DNA of 64,000 nucleotides from Myxococcales bacterium (GTDB lineage: Bacteria; Myxococcota_A; Polyangia; Polyangiales; DASUME01). The stretch is taken from contig JASGJH010000001.1 of NCBI GenBank assembly GCA_047601445.1, positions 7,936,001-8,000,000 of the forward strand, read 5' to 3'. Under the pieces are notes generated by a model. The model saw only the letters and a program-made list of their open reading frames with translations. It did not search any database and was not told where the DNA came from. How positions within the stretch are numbered: the stretch's first letter is position 1; each line of letters begins with the position of its first letter. Shown here piece by piece: positions 21,907-31,777 of this stretch. The position numbers and the translations under genes are program-made.

Positions 21907-22956
21907 ATGTTCGTATCTGTTCTCGTCGTGCGCGGCGTTCTGGCGGAATTCCAGAAGCGCGGGGTAGACGGTCCGGCCTGGCTTCGTGAAAACGGGGTCG
22001 ACCAGGCGATGCTGACGGACACGCGTGCGTCCGTCGACGTCGACACCTGGAACCGCCTGCTGCACCGCGCGATGGCGACCCTGGACGACCCCGGATTGGG
22101 GCTCACGATCGGCTTTGGCGACTCGGAGGGCATGCTGCAGCTCCTGGGTTACATGCTGCTGTCATCGCGCACGCTGCAGGAAGCCTTCGAGCTGTGCCAG
22201 CGCTACTCGGCCCTCATCGTCGACGACCTGCGGCTGGAGCTCGTCCACGTGGGGCAGCGCAGCCACTTCCGCTTCGGCTTCCACAACGCGCTCTCCGCGG
22301 AGGCCGCGCGCTTCGGCGAGGAGTTCGTGGCCGCCTTGGCGTTTCGCATCGGCCGCCACCATATCCCCGACGGACCGCCGCCCGAGCTCCGGTTTCGTCA
22401 GCCCACGCCTGCCTATCGCGCACGCTTCGACGCGTTCTTCATGGGCGTCCCATGCCGCTTCGGCTGCGACCATAGCGAGATCGTCTTCGACCGCCAGCTC
22501 CTCCTGCAGAGCCAGCCTCATGGCGATGGTCAAGTCATCGAGAGCCTGTCGGGCACCGCAGACAGGCTGTTGCGCGAGATCCAAACGGTCCCTGCGCTCG
22601 CCGAGCGCGTGCGACTCTTGCTCGATCACGAGCCCGACCTGGGCACCATCGACGCCGAACAGATCGCGCTCAAGATGGGCCTCAACTCCCGCACCCTACG
22701 CCGCCGTTTGCGCGACGAGGGAGCCAACCTCCGCACGTTGATCGACGAATGTCGCATGCGGGCGGCCTGCGTGATCCTCTCGAACCCGAGCACCACCATC
22801 AAAGACACGGCCGAGCGTCTCGGCTACTCCGAACCGAGCGCGTTCCACCGCGCGTTCAAGCGCTGGACGGGGCAAACTCCCGCCGAATATTGCGCGAGAA
22901 TCGAGGTCGTCAGGCTCGAGCACCAGGTCCCCGCGCTGCTGTCCCAGGACCCCTGA
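21907..22956 (+). CDS. AraC family regulator (N-terminal ligand-binding domain plus C-terminal HTH)
   Basis: RTLRRRLRDEG, AERLGYSEPSAFHRAFKRWTGQTP. Confidence 0.92.
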   Translation: MFVSVLVVRGVLAEFQKRGVDGPAWLRENGVDQAMLTDTRASVDVDTWNRLLHRAMATLDDPGLGLTIGFGDSEGMLQLLGYMLLSSRTLQEAFELCQRYSALIVDDLRLELVHVGQRSHFRFGFHNALSAEAARFGEEFVAALAFRIGRHHIPDGPPPELRFRQPTPAYRARFDAFFMGVPCRFGCDHSEIVFDRQLLLQSQPHGDGQVIESLSGTADRLLREIQTVPALAERVRLLLDHEPDLGTIDAEQIALKMGLNSRTLRRRLRDEGANLRTLIDECRMRAACVILSNPSTTIKDTAERLGYSEPSAFHRAFKRWTGQTPAEYCARIEVVRLEHQVPALLSQDP

Positions 22957-22983
22957 TCGGCATCCGTGCTAGACCGCTCCCCG

Positions 22984-23802
22984 ATGCGCCTGGTCGAGGT
23001 CTCCCGGAGCACCTTCAACACCCGCTTTCGCGTCGAGTTGGACGATGGCTTCGCCGTGGAAGCGGTGCACTACCGTGGCGATACGTTGTGCGTCTCCAGC
23101 CAGGTGGGCTGTGCCGTGCGCTGTCCGTTCTGTGCTTCGGGGGCCGAAGGGCTGCTGCGCCAGCTGAGTCTGGACGAGCTATGGGGACAGGTCGAGGCCG
23201 TGCAACAACAAGGCCTCCTAGTGGAGCGCGTGACCGTGAGCGGTGTGGGCGAGCCCCTGCACAACCACCGGGCCGTACGCGAGCTGGTGCTGCGCTGTCG
23301 TGAGCGACGCATCGCCCCCAGCCTGACCACCTCGGGAGGCCCCATCGAGCGCCTCAAGGAGTGGCTCGATCTGCCCCACAATGGCCTCACCATCAGCGTC
23401 CATGCGGGCACCGAAGCGATGCGCGCGCGCATGGTTCCCAAGGGTCCGGCGCTCTCGGAGCTGTTCGGTTGTCTGCGCGACGAGCTGCCCAAGCTGTCGC
23501 GCTCGCGGCGCAAGAAGGTGGCGCTCGCCTACCTGCTGATCGCCGACGAAAGCGACGCGGACTCGGAACTCGAGGCCTTCGCGGAGCTCGCGCACCCCCT
23601 CGGCGTGCAGGTGCACCTCTACGCACACAATGCGGTGCCCACCAGCCAGCACCGCGGCGTCACCCGCGAGCGCTACGAGCTCGCCTACGCCGTACTGACC
23701 GCCCGCGGCCTCAAGGTCCGCATGAGCAGCCAGGCACGCATCGAGGCCAACGGTGGCTGTGGGACCCTCGTGGTCGCGCGCAACAAGCCCAAGCCCAGCT
23801 GA
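22984..23802 (+). CDS. RlmN/Cfr-like class A radical SAM enzyme, short form
   Basis: TLCVSSQVGCAVRCPFC, SGVGEP, C-terminal GGCGTL; start 22966 or 22984. Confidence 0.8.
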   Translation: MRLVEVSRSTFNTRFRVELDDGFAVEAVHYRGDTLCVSSQVGCAVRCPFCASGAEGLLRQLSLDELWGQVEAVQQQGLLVERVTVSGVGEPLHNHRAVRELVLRCRERRIAPSLTTSGGPIERLKEWLDLPHNGLTISVHAGTEAMRARMVPKGPALSELFGCLRDELPKLSRSRRKKVALAYLLIADESDADSELEAFAELAHPLGVQVHLYAHNAVPTSQHRGVTRERYELAYAVLTARGLKVRMSSQARIEANGGCGTLVVARNKPKPS

Positions 23803-23810
23803 GTTTGTTT

Positions 23811-23850
23811 CGGGGAAGTCACGCAGCCTCCCCGCCGCTTCGCTCGCGGT
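23811..23850 (-). repeat. Internally deleted copy of dispersed repeat family A
   Basis: CGGGGAAGTCACGCAGCCTCCCCG hairpin joined directly to the CGCTTCGCTCGCGG end motif. Confidence 0.55.
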
Positions 23851-23872
23851 GGACCCGCGTCGCGCTGCGTTC

Positions 23873-24808
23873 TCACTCGCGCAGCGAGGCTGCGAGGCCG
23901 TCGAGGATGTCGGTCTCCGAGACCATGAGCTCGTCGATGTCGAAGGCGTCCAGGATCCCCAGCAACACCACGGCACCGCCCACGATGACCTCGGCGCGCT
24001 TGGGTTCGATGATCATTCCGCGGCGCTGCTCCAGCTTGGCAGCGGCCAGGCGCTCGAAGGCGCTGCGCGCCGCAACCTTCGACAGGATCATGTGGTGCGT
24101 CGCGCGCGGGTCGTAGCGCATGAGCCCCTTGGCCATGGCGCCCAGCGCCGTGATGGTGCCCGCCAGGCCCACCATGCGCCGCATGCGCCCCACGTCGATG
24201 GCACTCCGCACGCGCTCGAGCACGCCCTGCACGTCTTGGGCACAGGCGGCGAGCTCCGCGGCCGTGGGCGGGTCGCTCTTCAGGTGACGCTCGCTCATGC
24301 GCACGCAGCCCATATCCACCGAGATCAGCTGCTCTGGAGCCTCGCTACCGAGCACGAACTCCGTCGAGCCGCCGCCGATGTCCACCACCAGGTAGGGCCC
24401 CGCGGAGAGCGCGAGCCCGGTGGTGGCGCCCAGGAACGAAAACCGCGCTTCATCCTCGCCCGGCAAGAGCTCGGGACGCGCACCGAGGGCGGCCTCGGCG
24501 GCGTCGAAGAACGCACGACTGTTCTTGGCGTCGCGCGCGGCGCTGGTGGCGGCCGCACGAATCTTCTCGCGCGGCACCCCGTGCTTCTTCACCAGCTCCC
24601 CGTAGCTCGCGAGCACGTTGACCGTGCGCGCGATGGCGTCGGGGTGCAGGGAGCCCGTGACGTCCACGCCCTGCCCGAGCCGGGTCACCTGCATGTGACG
24701 CTCGAGCTCGTGGCCCACCGCGTCGGTGATCAGCAAACGCACCGAATTGGTGCCGATGTCGACGGCGGCGACGTTGCCCGCCAGCTTGCCGTGCTGCGAC
24801 CCGATCAT
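23873..24808 (-). CDS. ppx: Ppx/GppA family exopolyphosphatase (short form)
   Basis: DIGTNSVRL, TRLGQG, ATSAARDA, DIGGGSTE, ILDG. Confidence 0.9.
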   Translation of the reverse strand: MIGSQHGKLAGNVAAVDIGTNSVRLLITDAVGHELERHMQVTRLGQGVDVTGSLHPDAIARTVNVLASYGELVKKHGVPREKIRAAATSAARDAKNSRAFFDAAEAALGARPELLPGEDEARFSFLGATTGLALSAGPYLVVDIGGGSTEFVLGSEAPEQLISVDMGCVRMSERHLKSDPPTAAELAACAQDVQGVLERVRSAIDVGRMRRMVGLAGTITALGAMAKGLMRYDPRATHHMILSKVAARSAFERLAAAKLEQRRGMIIEPKRAEVIVGGAVVLLGILDAFDIDELMVSETDILDGLAASLRE

Positions 24809-24810
24809 GC

Positions 24811-25497
24811 TCACGCCCCCTGCGAGCCGATCTGGCGCTTGAGCCCGATCAACGTCAGGAGCTCCATGCGCGCCGCCGAGTCGAGCAGGAACAGGCCATG
24901 CAGCTTGCTGGTGGTGGTCCAGGCGCCCGGCTTGCGCACGCCGCGGTAGCACATGCAGAAGTGCTGACATTGCAGGATCACGGCCACGCCCTGGGGCTCG
25001 AGGTGCAACTGCATCGCGTCGGCGATCTGCTTGGTGAGCTTCTCCTGCACCTGGAGGCGCTTCGCGAACACGTCTACCACGCGCGCCACCTTGCTCAGGC
25101 CCACCACGCGTCCATTCGGGATGTACGCCACGTGCGCCTTGCCCACGAACGGCACCATGTGGTGCTCGCAGTGGCTGAACACTTCGATGTCGCTCACCAG
25201 CACGAGCTCGTCGTAGCCCTCGACCTCCTCGAAGGTCTTTTTGAGGTACTCGGCCGGGTCCATGGCGTAGCCGCTGAAGTGCTCGCCCATGGCGCGCACC
25301 ACGCGGGCCGGCGTGTCGAGCAGGCCCTCGCGCCTGGGGTCTTCACCCAGGTAGCGCAAGATGCCCCGCACGTGGGCCTCGGCCTTGGCGACCTCTGCGG
25401 CGCTGCGGTTGGTGGTTAGTGTCTCGGGGACCCTCGGGGGCGCCCGGTGGCGCGCCGAGTGGGCCCGGCTGCCATCCGAACTACGACGTTTCGCCAT
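24811..25497 (-). CDS. folE: GTP cyclohydrolase I
   Basis: [40 protein letters not shown]. Confidence 0.96.
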   Translation of the reverse strand: MAKRRSSDGSRAHSARHRAPPRVPETLTTNRSAAEVAKAEAHVRGILRYLGEDPRREGLLDTPARVVRAMGEHFSGYAMDPAEYLKKTFEEVEGYDELVLVSDIEVFSHCEHHMVPFVGKAHVAYIPNGRVVGLSKVARVVDVFAKRLQVQEKLTKQIADAMQLHLEPQGVAVILQCQHFCMCYRGVRKPGAWTTTSKLHGLFLLDSAARMELLTLIGLKRQIGSQGA

Positions 25498-25540
25498 CGC
25501 CGGCGAACATGAGCGATAGGCCCCCGGGTCTCAACCCGAA

Positions 25541-27226
25541 TCAGCCCCCGAAGCGCAGCTCGGGGGGGCGCTGGAAGAAGCCGTTGCGCTCGGGATCGTT
25601 GTAGCTCTTGTAGTCGATTTCCCAGGGCGCGATGCGCGTCACGCCGCGCTCGTAGGTCATGGTGAGCGCCATCGGAGTGACCTGGCGATAGCTCGAGTTG
25701 AGCGGCAGGTCGTCGTTGTCCTTGCCGCCCGAGGAGAACAGCGTGCAGAGCAGGAAGTTGCTCTCGTCATAGACGCGCGCGAAGCCCTCGTTCACCTTTT
25801 CGTGGCCGCGGATGAGCGCCTCGCAACCGATGCGCTGCAGGAAGCGCTGGGCTTGCAGGCGGCCGAACGCGAAGCGTGCCGACTGGTCCTGGAGCTCCGC
25901 CGGGATCACGTCGGCGCTCGAGGGGTCGCTCCACATCATCTGGAAGCGGATGTCGGGGTCGTTGAGGCTCGAGAGGTCCTTGTAACGCTCCTTGAACAGG
26001 TGGTCGCGCGGGATGCCGCCGTGCACGAAGAGCGTCTTGCCGAACAGGTACGAGGAGGGCAGGGCGTCGAACAGCCGCATGTACTCCCGGAAGATGTCGA
26101 TATCCACGTGGGGCTTGAGCGTGTCGATGGCCTCGGAGGGCTTCACGCCACCGTAGACGTTGCCCTTGAACTCGACGAAATACTCGTGGTTTCCGCGCAA
26201 CACCACCACGTGCTCGGGCGCCGTGAGGTAGAGCAGCAGCACGGAGCGCAGCACTCCGTTGAGGCTGAAGATGCCGCGATCGATGTAGTCGCCCAGCAGC
26301 ACCAGCTTGGGCTCCGGGTTGTTCACTGGGTCGGCCTTGAAGGCCGAGACCTTGTCGAAGAACTTCGACTGCATGATGGCCGCCTTGAGGCAGCTGTAAC
26401 AACCATGGAGATCACCGAGTACCGTGAGCTCGAAGCGCTTGTCCTCGGGGGTCGGACACACCAGCACGTGTCCATCCAGGAACGGGCCTTCGTCGGCCAA
26501 CTCGGCCACGCTCTGCTTGCCGTTGAGCTTGCCCGCGCCCTTGTCGCGGTCGGCTTGCAGCTGCGCGATGGCGCGGTCGACCACGTCGCGGTCGGCCTCG
26601 ATCTGGCGCTTCATGGTCTCGGGATCGCGCGAGTAGTGGTGCTCGAATTGGTCGAAGAAGGGATGCACCTTGTGCTCCGAGTCGAGCACGGTCGAGGGCA
26701 CGATGGAGACGCTGCGGCGCTTTTGCTCCTCCACCAGCTCCACGTCGAGCTCGGCCTCGAGCAGAGCGCTCAGTTCGGCGCGGAATTTCACCTCCGCAGG
26801 GTGCGCTTCGCCGTCGGCCATGATCAGGTGATCGATGGTCTCCATCAGGGCTTCCTGGCTCTGGGTGTCGAAGCCCTGGAAGATCTCGAAGCAGCGCAGC
26901 TTGAGCTTGCCGTGCACGAACTTGTCGTGGTCCTCGTCGCGGGCCACGGCCTCCGTGAAGAGCTCCTTCACCTCGGTGTCGATGCCCTCGAAAACTTCGT
27001 GGAAGTGCGCGGTGAATTTGGTGGTGAGTTCGCGCTGCACCGCCGGCGCCAGGTTGGCCGCACCGGTCTTCACTCGGTGATCGACCAAGCGCTCGATATA
27101 GCTGCGGACGAAGCTTTTCTCGGCCGCGTCGAACTCGCCATCGATGTAGCCGAAGGTCGTGAGGTAAAAAATGATGGCCCGCATCTGCTTTTCGGCGAGC
27201 TCTGGATCGGCGCTGAAGTTGAGCAT
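25541..27226 (-). CDS. PPP-family Ser/Thr phosphatase with N-terminal TerB-like domain
   Basis: GDLHG, GDYIDRG, RGNHE, HGG, WSDP, RGHE, TLFSS; N-terminal IDGEFDAAE and ADGEAHPAE. Confidence 0.85.
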   Translation of the reverse strand: MLNFSADPELAEKQMRAIIFYLTTFGYIDGEFDAAEKSFVRSYIERLVDHRVKTGAANLAPAVQRELTTKFTAHFHEVFEGIDTEVKELFTEAVARDEDHDKFVHGKLKLRCFEIFQGFDTQSQEALMETIDHLIMADGEAHPAEVKFRAELSALLEAELDVELVEEQKRRSVSIVPSTVLDSEHKVHPFFDQFEHHYSRDPETMKRQIEADRDVVDRAIAQLQADRDKGAGKLNGKQSVAELADEGPFLDGHVLVCPTPEDKRFELTVLGDLHGCYSCLKAAIMQSKFFDKVSAFKADPVNNPEPKLVLLGDYIDRGIFSLNGVLRSVLLLYLTAPEHVVVLRGNHEYFVEFKGNVYGGVKPSEAIDTLKPHVDIDIFREYMRLFDALPSSYLFGKTLFVHGGIPRDHLFKERYKDLSSLNDPDIRFQMMWSDPSSADVIPAELQDQSARFAFGRLQAQRFLQRIGCEALIRGHEKVNEGFARVYDESNFLLCTLFSSGGKDNDDLPLNSSYRQVTPMALTMTYERGVTRIAPWEIDYKSYNDPERNGFFQRPPELRFGG

Positions 27227-27292
27227 GGCTCGCCGAGTGTAAACGGTTTTGAGTTCGTGCGAACCTGCCGTGATCGCGGATACTTGCCTACC

Positions 27293-28225
27293 ATGCGAGT
27301 GTTGGTGAGCGGAGCGGACGGATTCTCCGGAACGCACCTGGTGCGCGGTCTCGTTGCGGCAGGCCACGAGGTGATCGGTGCGGTCTTCGGTCGCGCGCCC
27401 GAAGGCTCGGAGATTCGGCTGGATCTGCGACGGCGCGAGCAGCTCGATGCGCTCACGCTCGAGGTGGACGCGGTGGTTCACGCGGCCGGCGTGGTGGAGC
27501 CATCGGCGGGCGCGCGGGCGATGCTCGAGGTCAACATGGCCGGTACCGCGAACCTGGTGCAGTGGGCACGCACGCACTCGGTACGCCATTTCGTACATGT
27601 CAGCTCGGTGGCCGTTTACGGGCCCCTGCTCCTGGGCGAGGACCGTGACGAGCAGACCCCGCGGCTCGGGGTATTGGGCGGGCTGGCGTACATGCGCAGC
27701 AAGGCGTGGGCCGAGGTCCGCGTGGAGCAGTCGGGCGTGCCCTACACGTTGCTGCGCCCGCCGGCCATCGTCGGCGCGGGCGACACCGTGATTTCGCGAG
27801 GCTTCGTGGAAGCGCTCGAGGGGGGGAGCGGCATCCCCATGGTGTCGGGGGCGCGGCCGGAGCGGCGCGTTTCGGTGGCGTTCGCGGCCGGGTTGGTCGA
27901 GGTGGTCCTGCGTGCCCTCGCGCGAGGCCCCCTCTGGGGGGCGGTCCACGTCGTCGACGCCGAGCTCTCCCTGGGTGAGCTGGCGCAGGTTTATGCGGCC
28001 GCGCTCGGTCGAACGTGCACTTTTGCCCCAACTAGCTGGCCGGATGTTCTGCGGCGACGGGCCGATCCTGGCTTTCAATGGTTGGCCGCAAGTGCCCGTT
28101 TTGGCCAGCATTACAGCCAAACGAAGCTGCTTCGAGAGCTAGGCTACCGATCCGCGATCAGCTTAGAAAACGCCGTTGCGGCCGGTATTTCCGGTTTGCA
28201 AGCCCATTCTCGGGGCTTATTCTAG
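27293..28225 (+). CDS. NAD-dependent epimerase/dehydratase (extended SDR)
   Basis: VLVSGADGFSG, HAAG, SSVAVYG, YMRSK, LRP. Confidence 0.88.
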   Translation: MRVLVSGADGFSGTHLVRGLVAAGHEVIGAVFGRAPEGSEIRLDLRRREQLDALTLEVDAVVHAAGVVEPSAGARAMLEVNMAGTANLVQWARTHSVRHFVHVSSVAVYGPLLLGEDRDEQTPRLGVLGGLAYMRSKAWAEVRVEQSGVPYTLLRPPAIVGAGDTVISRGFVEALEGGSGIPMVSGARPERRVSVAFAAGLVEVVLRALARGPLWGAVHVVDAELSLGELAQVYAAALGRTCTFAPTSWPDVLRRRADPGFQWLAASARFGQHYSQTKLLRELGYRSAISLENAVAAGISGLQAHSRGLF

Positions 28226-28466
28226 CCGTGTTCACGTTTCGTTTGTCACGGACCCATGCTCTCTCTGTTTGCTCTTGAGCGGTGTTCTGCCGCCGGTTCG
28301 ACTTCGAGATCTCGGTACTCAGCAACGCGACGCGTGGATGCGACGGGACCGCTAGGACACTCACGTACAAACGCTCGTCGCGCGCCTCTCGGGCAGGGCT
28401 CCGGTTCGAAGGGTGGATTTGGGATTGGGCACGAAGGTGCCAGGGAGCTGGAAGAGATAGAGCAAC

Positions 28467-29099
<633 letters not shown>

Positions 29100-29111
29100 T
29101 TTCTTTTGACA

Positions 29112-29194
29112 CGGGGAGGTCACGCGACCTCCCTGTCCGTCGCGGTAAAGCCGCGCCGGGACCCACCCATCCGCGAGGTTCGCTTCGCTCACGG
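29112..29194 (-). repeat. Dispersed repeat family A copy
   Basis: Reverse complement matches CCGTGAGCGAAGCGAACCTCGCGG...CGCGGCTTT.CCGCGA...GGGAGGTCGCGTGACCTCCCCG. Confidence 0.85.
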
Positions 29195-29311
29195 GTGCAT
29201 GCACGTGGATCTAGAACCGGGCACCGAGGCGCGTCCTTTCGTAGGACCGGCGGTGCCTTTTCGCGTTCTGGGCGCGGGCTCTCAGCCCGGATGGGACGAC
29301 GCGCGCGCTTC

Positions 29312-30259
29312 CTACTCGTGCATGCCGCGCAGCCGCGTCAGGTCTTCGGCCGGTAGATAGGGGAAAGCCCCGACGTCGATCGATGCATCCACGTGGCCCG
29401 GGGTTCGCGCCCCGATCACCAGCGAGGAAACCACATCATGGGCCAGCACGAAGCGCTGGGCGCCCTGGGCCATGGTCAGCACTGGGCCGTGCTGCAGGAA
29501 ACGCCGCTCGCCGAGCTGCTCTAGCCGTTCGATCAGGGCCTCGGAGCTCCAGCGCTGGGCCCGATGGTCGTCGGGGGCAAAGCGCTTGCGCCCCAACCAG
29601 CGCCCGGCCAGCAGGCCGTGGTTAAGCCCCGACCGCGCCAGGAGCCCGACGCGCCGTGCGCGTAGGTCGGCCTCCAGGTCCCACACCAGTCGCGGGGCCA
29701 ACAGATGAAACGGCAAGCACAGCACCTGAGCGCCAGCGTCCAGGGCCGCCTGCGCATCATCGAGCCGCGCCACCGAGGCTCCCCAGGCCCGGATCTTTCC
29801 CTCGCGCACCAGCGCCTCGGCCAGATCCTGGGTCTCCTGCTTGCGCAGGTCCGCTTCGCTCGGGTTGTGCAGCAGCCAGATGTCGATGCGATCGGTGGCG
29901 AGCCGCTGCAGGGAAGCCTCGCAGCTCGAGCGCAGCGCCTGCGGGCTGAAGTCCGTGAGCCAGCCATGCTCGCTCGCGAGCTGCCCGGCACGGGTGATGT
30001 ACACCACCTGGTCGCGCAGACCCGCCGCCCCGACCGCCGCCGCCACCGCGCGTTCGCTCTGACCGTCCTCGCCCCAGCAGGGCGCCATGTCGAAGCTGCG
30101 GATGCCATGGGTCAGGGCGGCCTCGAGCGTGCGCGTCTGCTGCTCGGGGAAGGTGTGGCCGTAAGCGTTGGTGAACAGGCCCCAGGTGCCCTGGGTGAGC
30201 TCCGTGAGCGTGATGCCCGTGTTGCCGACGGCGCGGGATTTCACAGGTTCGGTCGTCAT
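29312..30259 (-). CDS. Aldo/keto reductase family (catalytic residues look divergent)
   Basis: GTWG, FDMA, SLQRLATDRIDIWLLHNP, GKIRAWGAS, VIGART. Confidence 0.85.
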   Translation of the reverse strand: MTTEPVKSRAVGNTGITLTELTQGTWGLFTNAYGHTFPEQQTRTLEAALTHGIRSFDMAPCWGEDGQSERAVAAAVGAAGLRDQVVYITRAGQLASEHGWLTDFSPQALRSSCEASLQRLATDRIDIWLLHNPSEADLRKQETQDLAEALVREGKIRAWGASVARLDDAQAALDAGAQVLCLPFHLLAPRLVWDLEADLRARRVGLLARSGLNHGLLAGRWLGRKRFAPDDHRAQRWSSEALIERLEQLGERRFLQHGPVLTMAQGAQRFVLAHDVVSSLVIGARTPGHVDASIDVGAFPYLPAEDLTRLRGMHE

Positions 30260-30263
30260 GGGC

Positions 30264-31637
30264 TCAGCCGAGTTGCACCAGAATCATGCGGGAGATGCTG
30301 AAGTACACGAGCAAGCCCAGCACGTCGACCAGAGAGGCGATGAAAGGCGTGCTCGAGACCGCCGGGTCGAACCCGATGCGCTTGATGCCGAGCGGGAGGA
30401 GCGAGCCCACCAGGGTGCCGACGGTGACCACCGCGAGCACGCTGATGGACACCGAGGCCGCCATGTGAAAGGCGTTTTCCTTCTGCAGCAGCAAGGCTCG
30501 CAAGAAGCCCACCATGCCGAGCACCATGCCGAGCACGAGGCCGATGCCCGCCTCGCGCACCAGAATCTTCGTCCAGTCGGCCGGTACTACCTCGCCCACC
30601 GCCAGGGCGCGAATGATGAGAGATGAGGACTGCGACCCCGAGTTGCCGCCCGACGAGATGATCAGCGGGATAAAGATGACCAGGTCCACGACGGCGGCCA
30701 TGTCCTGCTCGTAGCCGTGCATCACCGAGGCCGTGAGGAGCTCACCCGCGAACAGCACGATGAGCCATGGCGCACGTTTGGCGATGAAGGTCCAAAAGCC
30801 CGTGGCGAAGTAGGTGTCCTCGATGGGCTGCACCGCGCCCATCATCTGCACGTCTTCGGTGGCCTCCTCGACGACCACGTCGATGACGTCGTCCATGGTG
30901 ACCAGACCGAGCATGCGACCCTGGTCGTCCACCACGGGGAGCGCCGCGAAGGAGTACTTCTGGAACGTCTGCGCGACCTCTTCCTGGTCGGCCTGGGGCC
31001 GCACCGAGATCACGTTCTGCTCCATCATGTCTTCGACGGCCACGCCGGGGTCGCTGAGGATGAGCTCGCGCAGCGAGACCACGCCCACCAACCTGCCGCC
31101 GAAGGCCACCACGTACGCGTAGTAGACGGTCTCCGCCTTGTCTTGGCGGCTGTAGTGGCGCACCGCCTCGATGGCCTGCCAAATCTTCATGGCCGGAGCG
31201 AGCGTGATGTACTCGGTGGTCATCAGACCACCGGCCGAGTCCTCTGGGTAGCTCGAGAGCTCGCGTAGATCCTCGGCGATCTCGGGCTCGGTCTCCTCGA
31301 TGTGCGAGAGGATCATCTCGGCGATCGGAGACGGCAGCTCCTGGATGGCGTCGGCGCGGTCGTCGGGCGCCATCTCGGTGAGCACCTCGGCCGCGTTCTC
31401 CGCGCCGAGGCGCTCGAGGATGCGCGCGCGCTCGTCCTCGGGCATGTGCGCCAAGACCGCGGCGGCCAGGTCAGGGGGCACCGCGCGAAACAGTGCGATG
31501 GCTTCGTCTTGGGGCAGGTCCTCGAGCAGCTCGGCGATGTCTTCCGAGTGGAATTCATCCAGCGCCTCGCGCAGCTCGTCGGGATCCTGCGCGAGCGTTT
31601 GGGCTAGATCGGGGCCGAGTAATTTCGCCAGACGCAT
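30264..31637 (-). CDS. mgtE: Magnesium transporter MgtE
   Basis: SAGGLMTTEY, CBS pair, SSGGNSGSQ, DPAVSSTPFIASLVDVLG. Confidence 0.95.
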   Translation of the reverse strand: MRLAKLLGPDLAQTLAQDPDELREALDEFHSEDIAELLEDLPQDEAIALFRAVPPDLAAAVLAHMPEDERARILERLGAENAAEVLTEMAPDDRADAIQELPSPIAEMILSHIEETEPEIAEDLRELSSYPEDSAGGLMTTEYITLAPAMKIWQAIEAVRHYSRQDKAETVYYAYVVAFGGRLVGVVSLRELILSDPGVAVEDMMEQNVISVRPQADQEEVAQTFQKYSFAALPVVDDQGRMLGLVTMDDVIDVVVEEATEDVQMMGAVQPIEDTYFATGFWTFIAKRAPWLIVLFAGELLTASVMHGYEQDMAAVVDLVIFIPLIISSGGNSGSQSSSLIIRALAVGEVVPADWTKILVREAGIGLVLGMVLGMVGFLRALLLQKENAFHMAASVSISVLAVVTVGTLVGSLLPLGIKRIGFDPAVSSTPFIASLVDVLGLLVYFSISRMILVQLG

Positions 31638-31777
31638 CGCGCTGCTAGTGTGCCGCAGCTCCAGGAAAACGCCCACTAACGCGAGGCGACCTGACACGCG
31701 TGCAGCCCTGCGCTCGAGGTTGGGCTCCCCTCGCCATCCGCTGCCTGACCCTAACGCCGTTCAGGGGCGGTTCCGGG

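Noticed and set aside
28280..28420. tRNA-like GGTTCGA motifs upstream of the RRM gene
   Set aside because: No cloverleaf or acceptor stem could be built.
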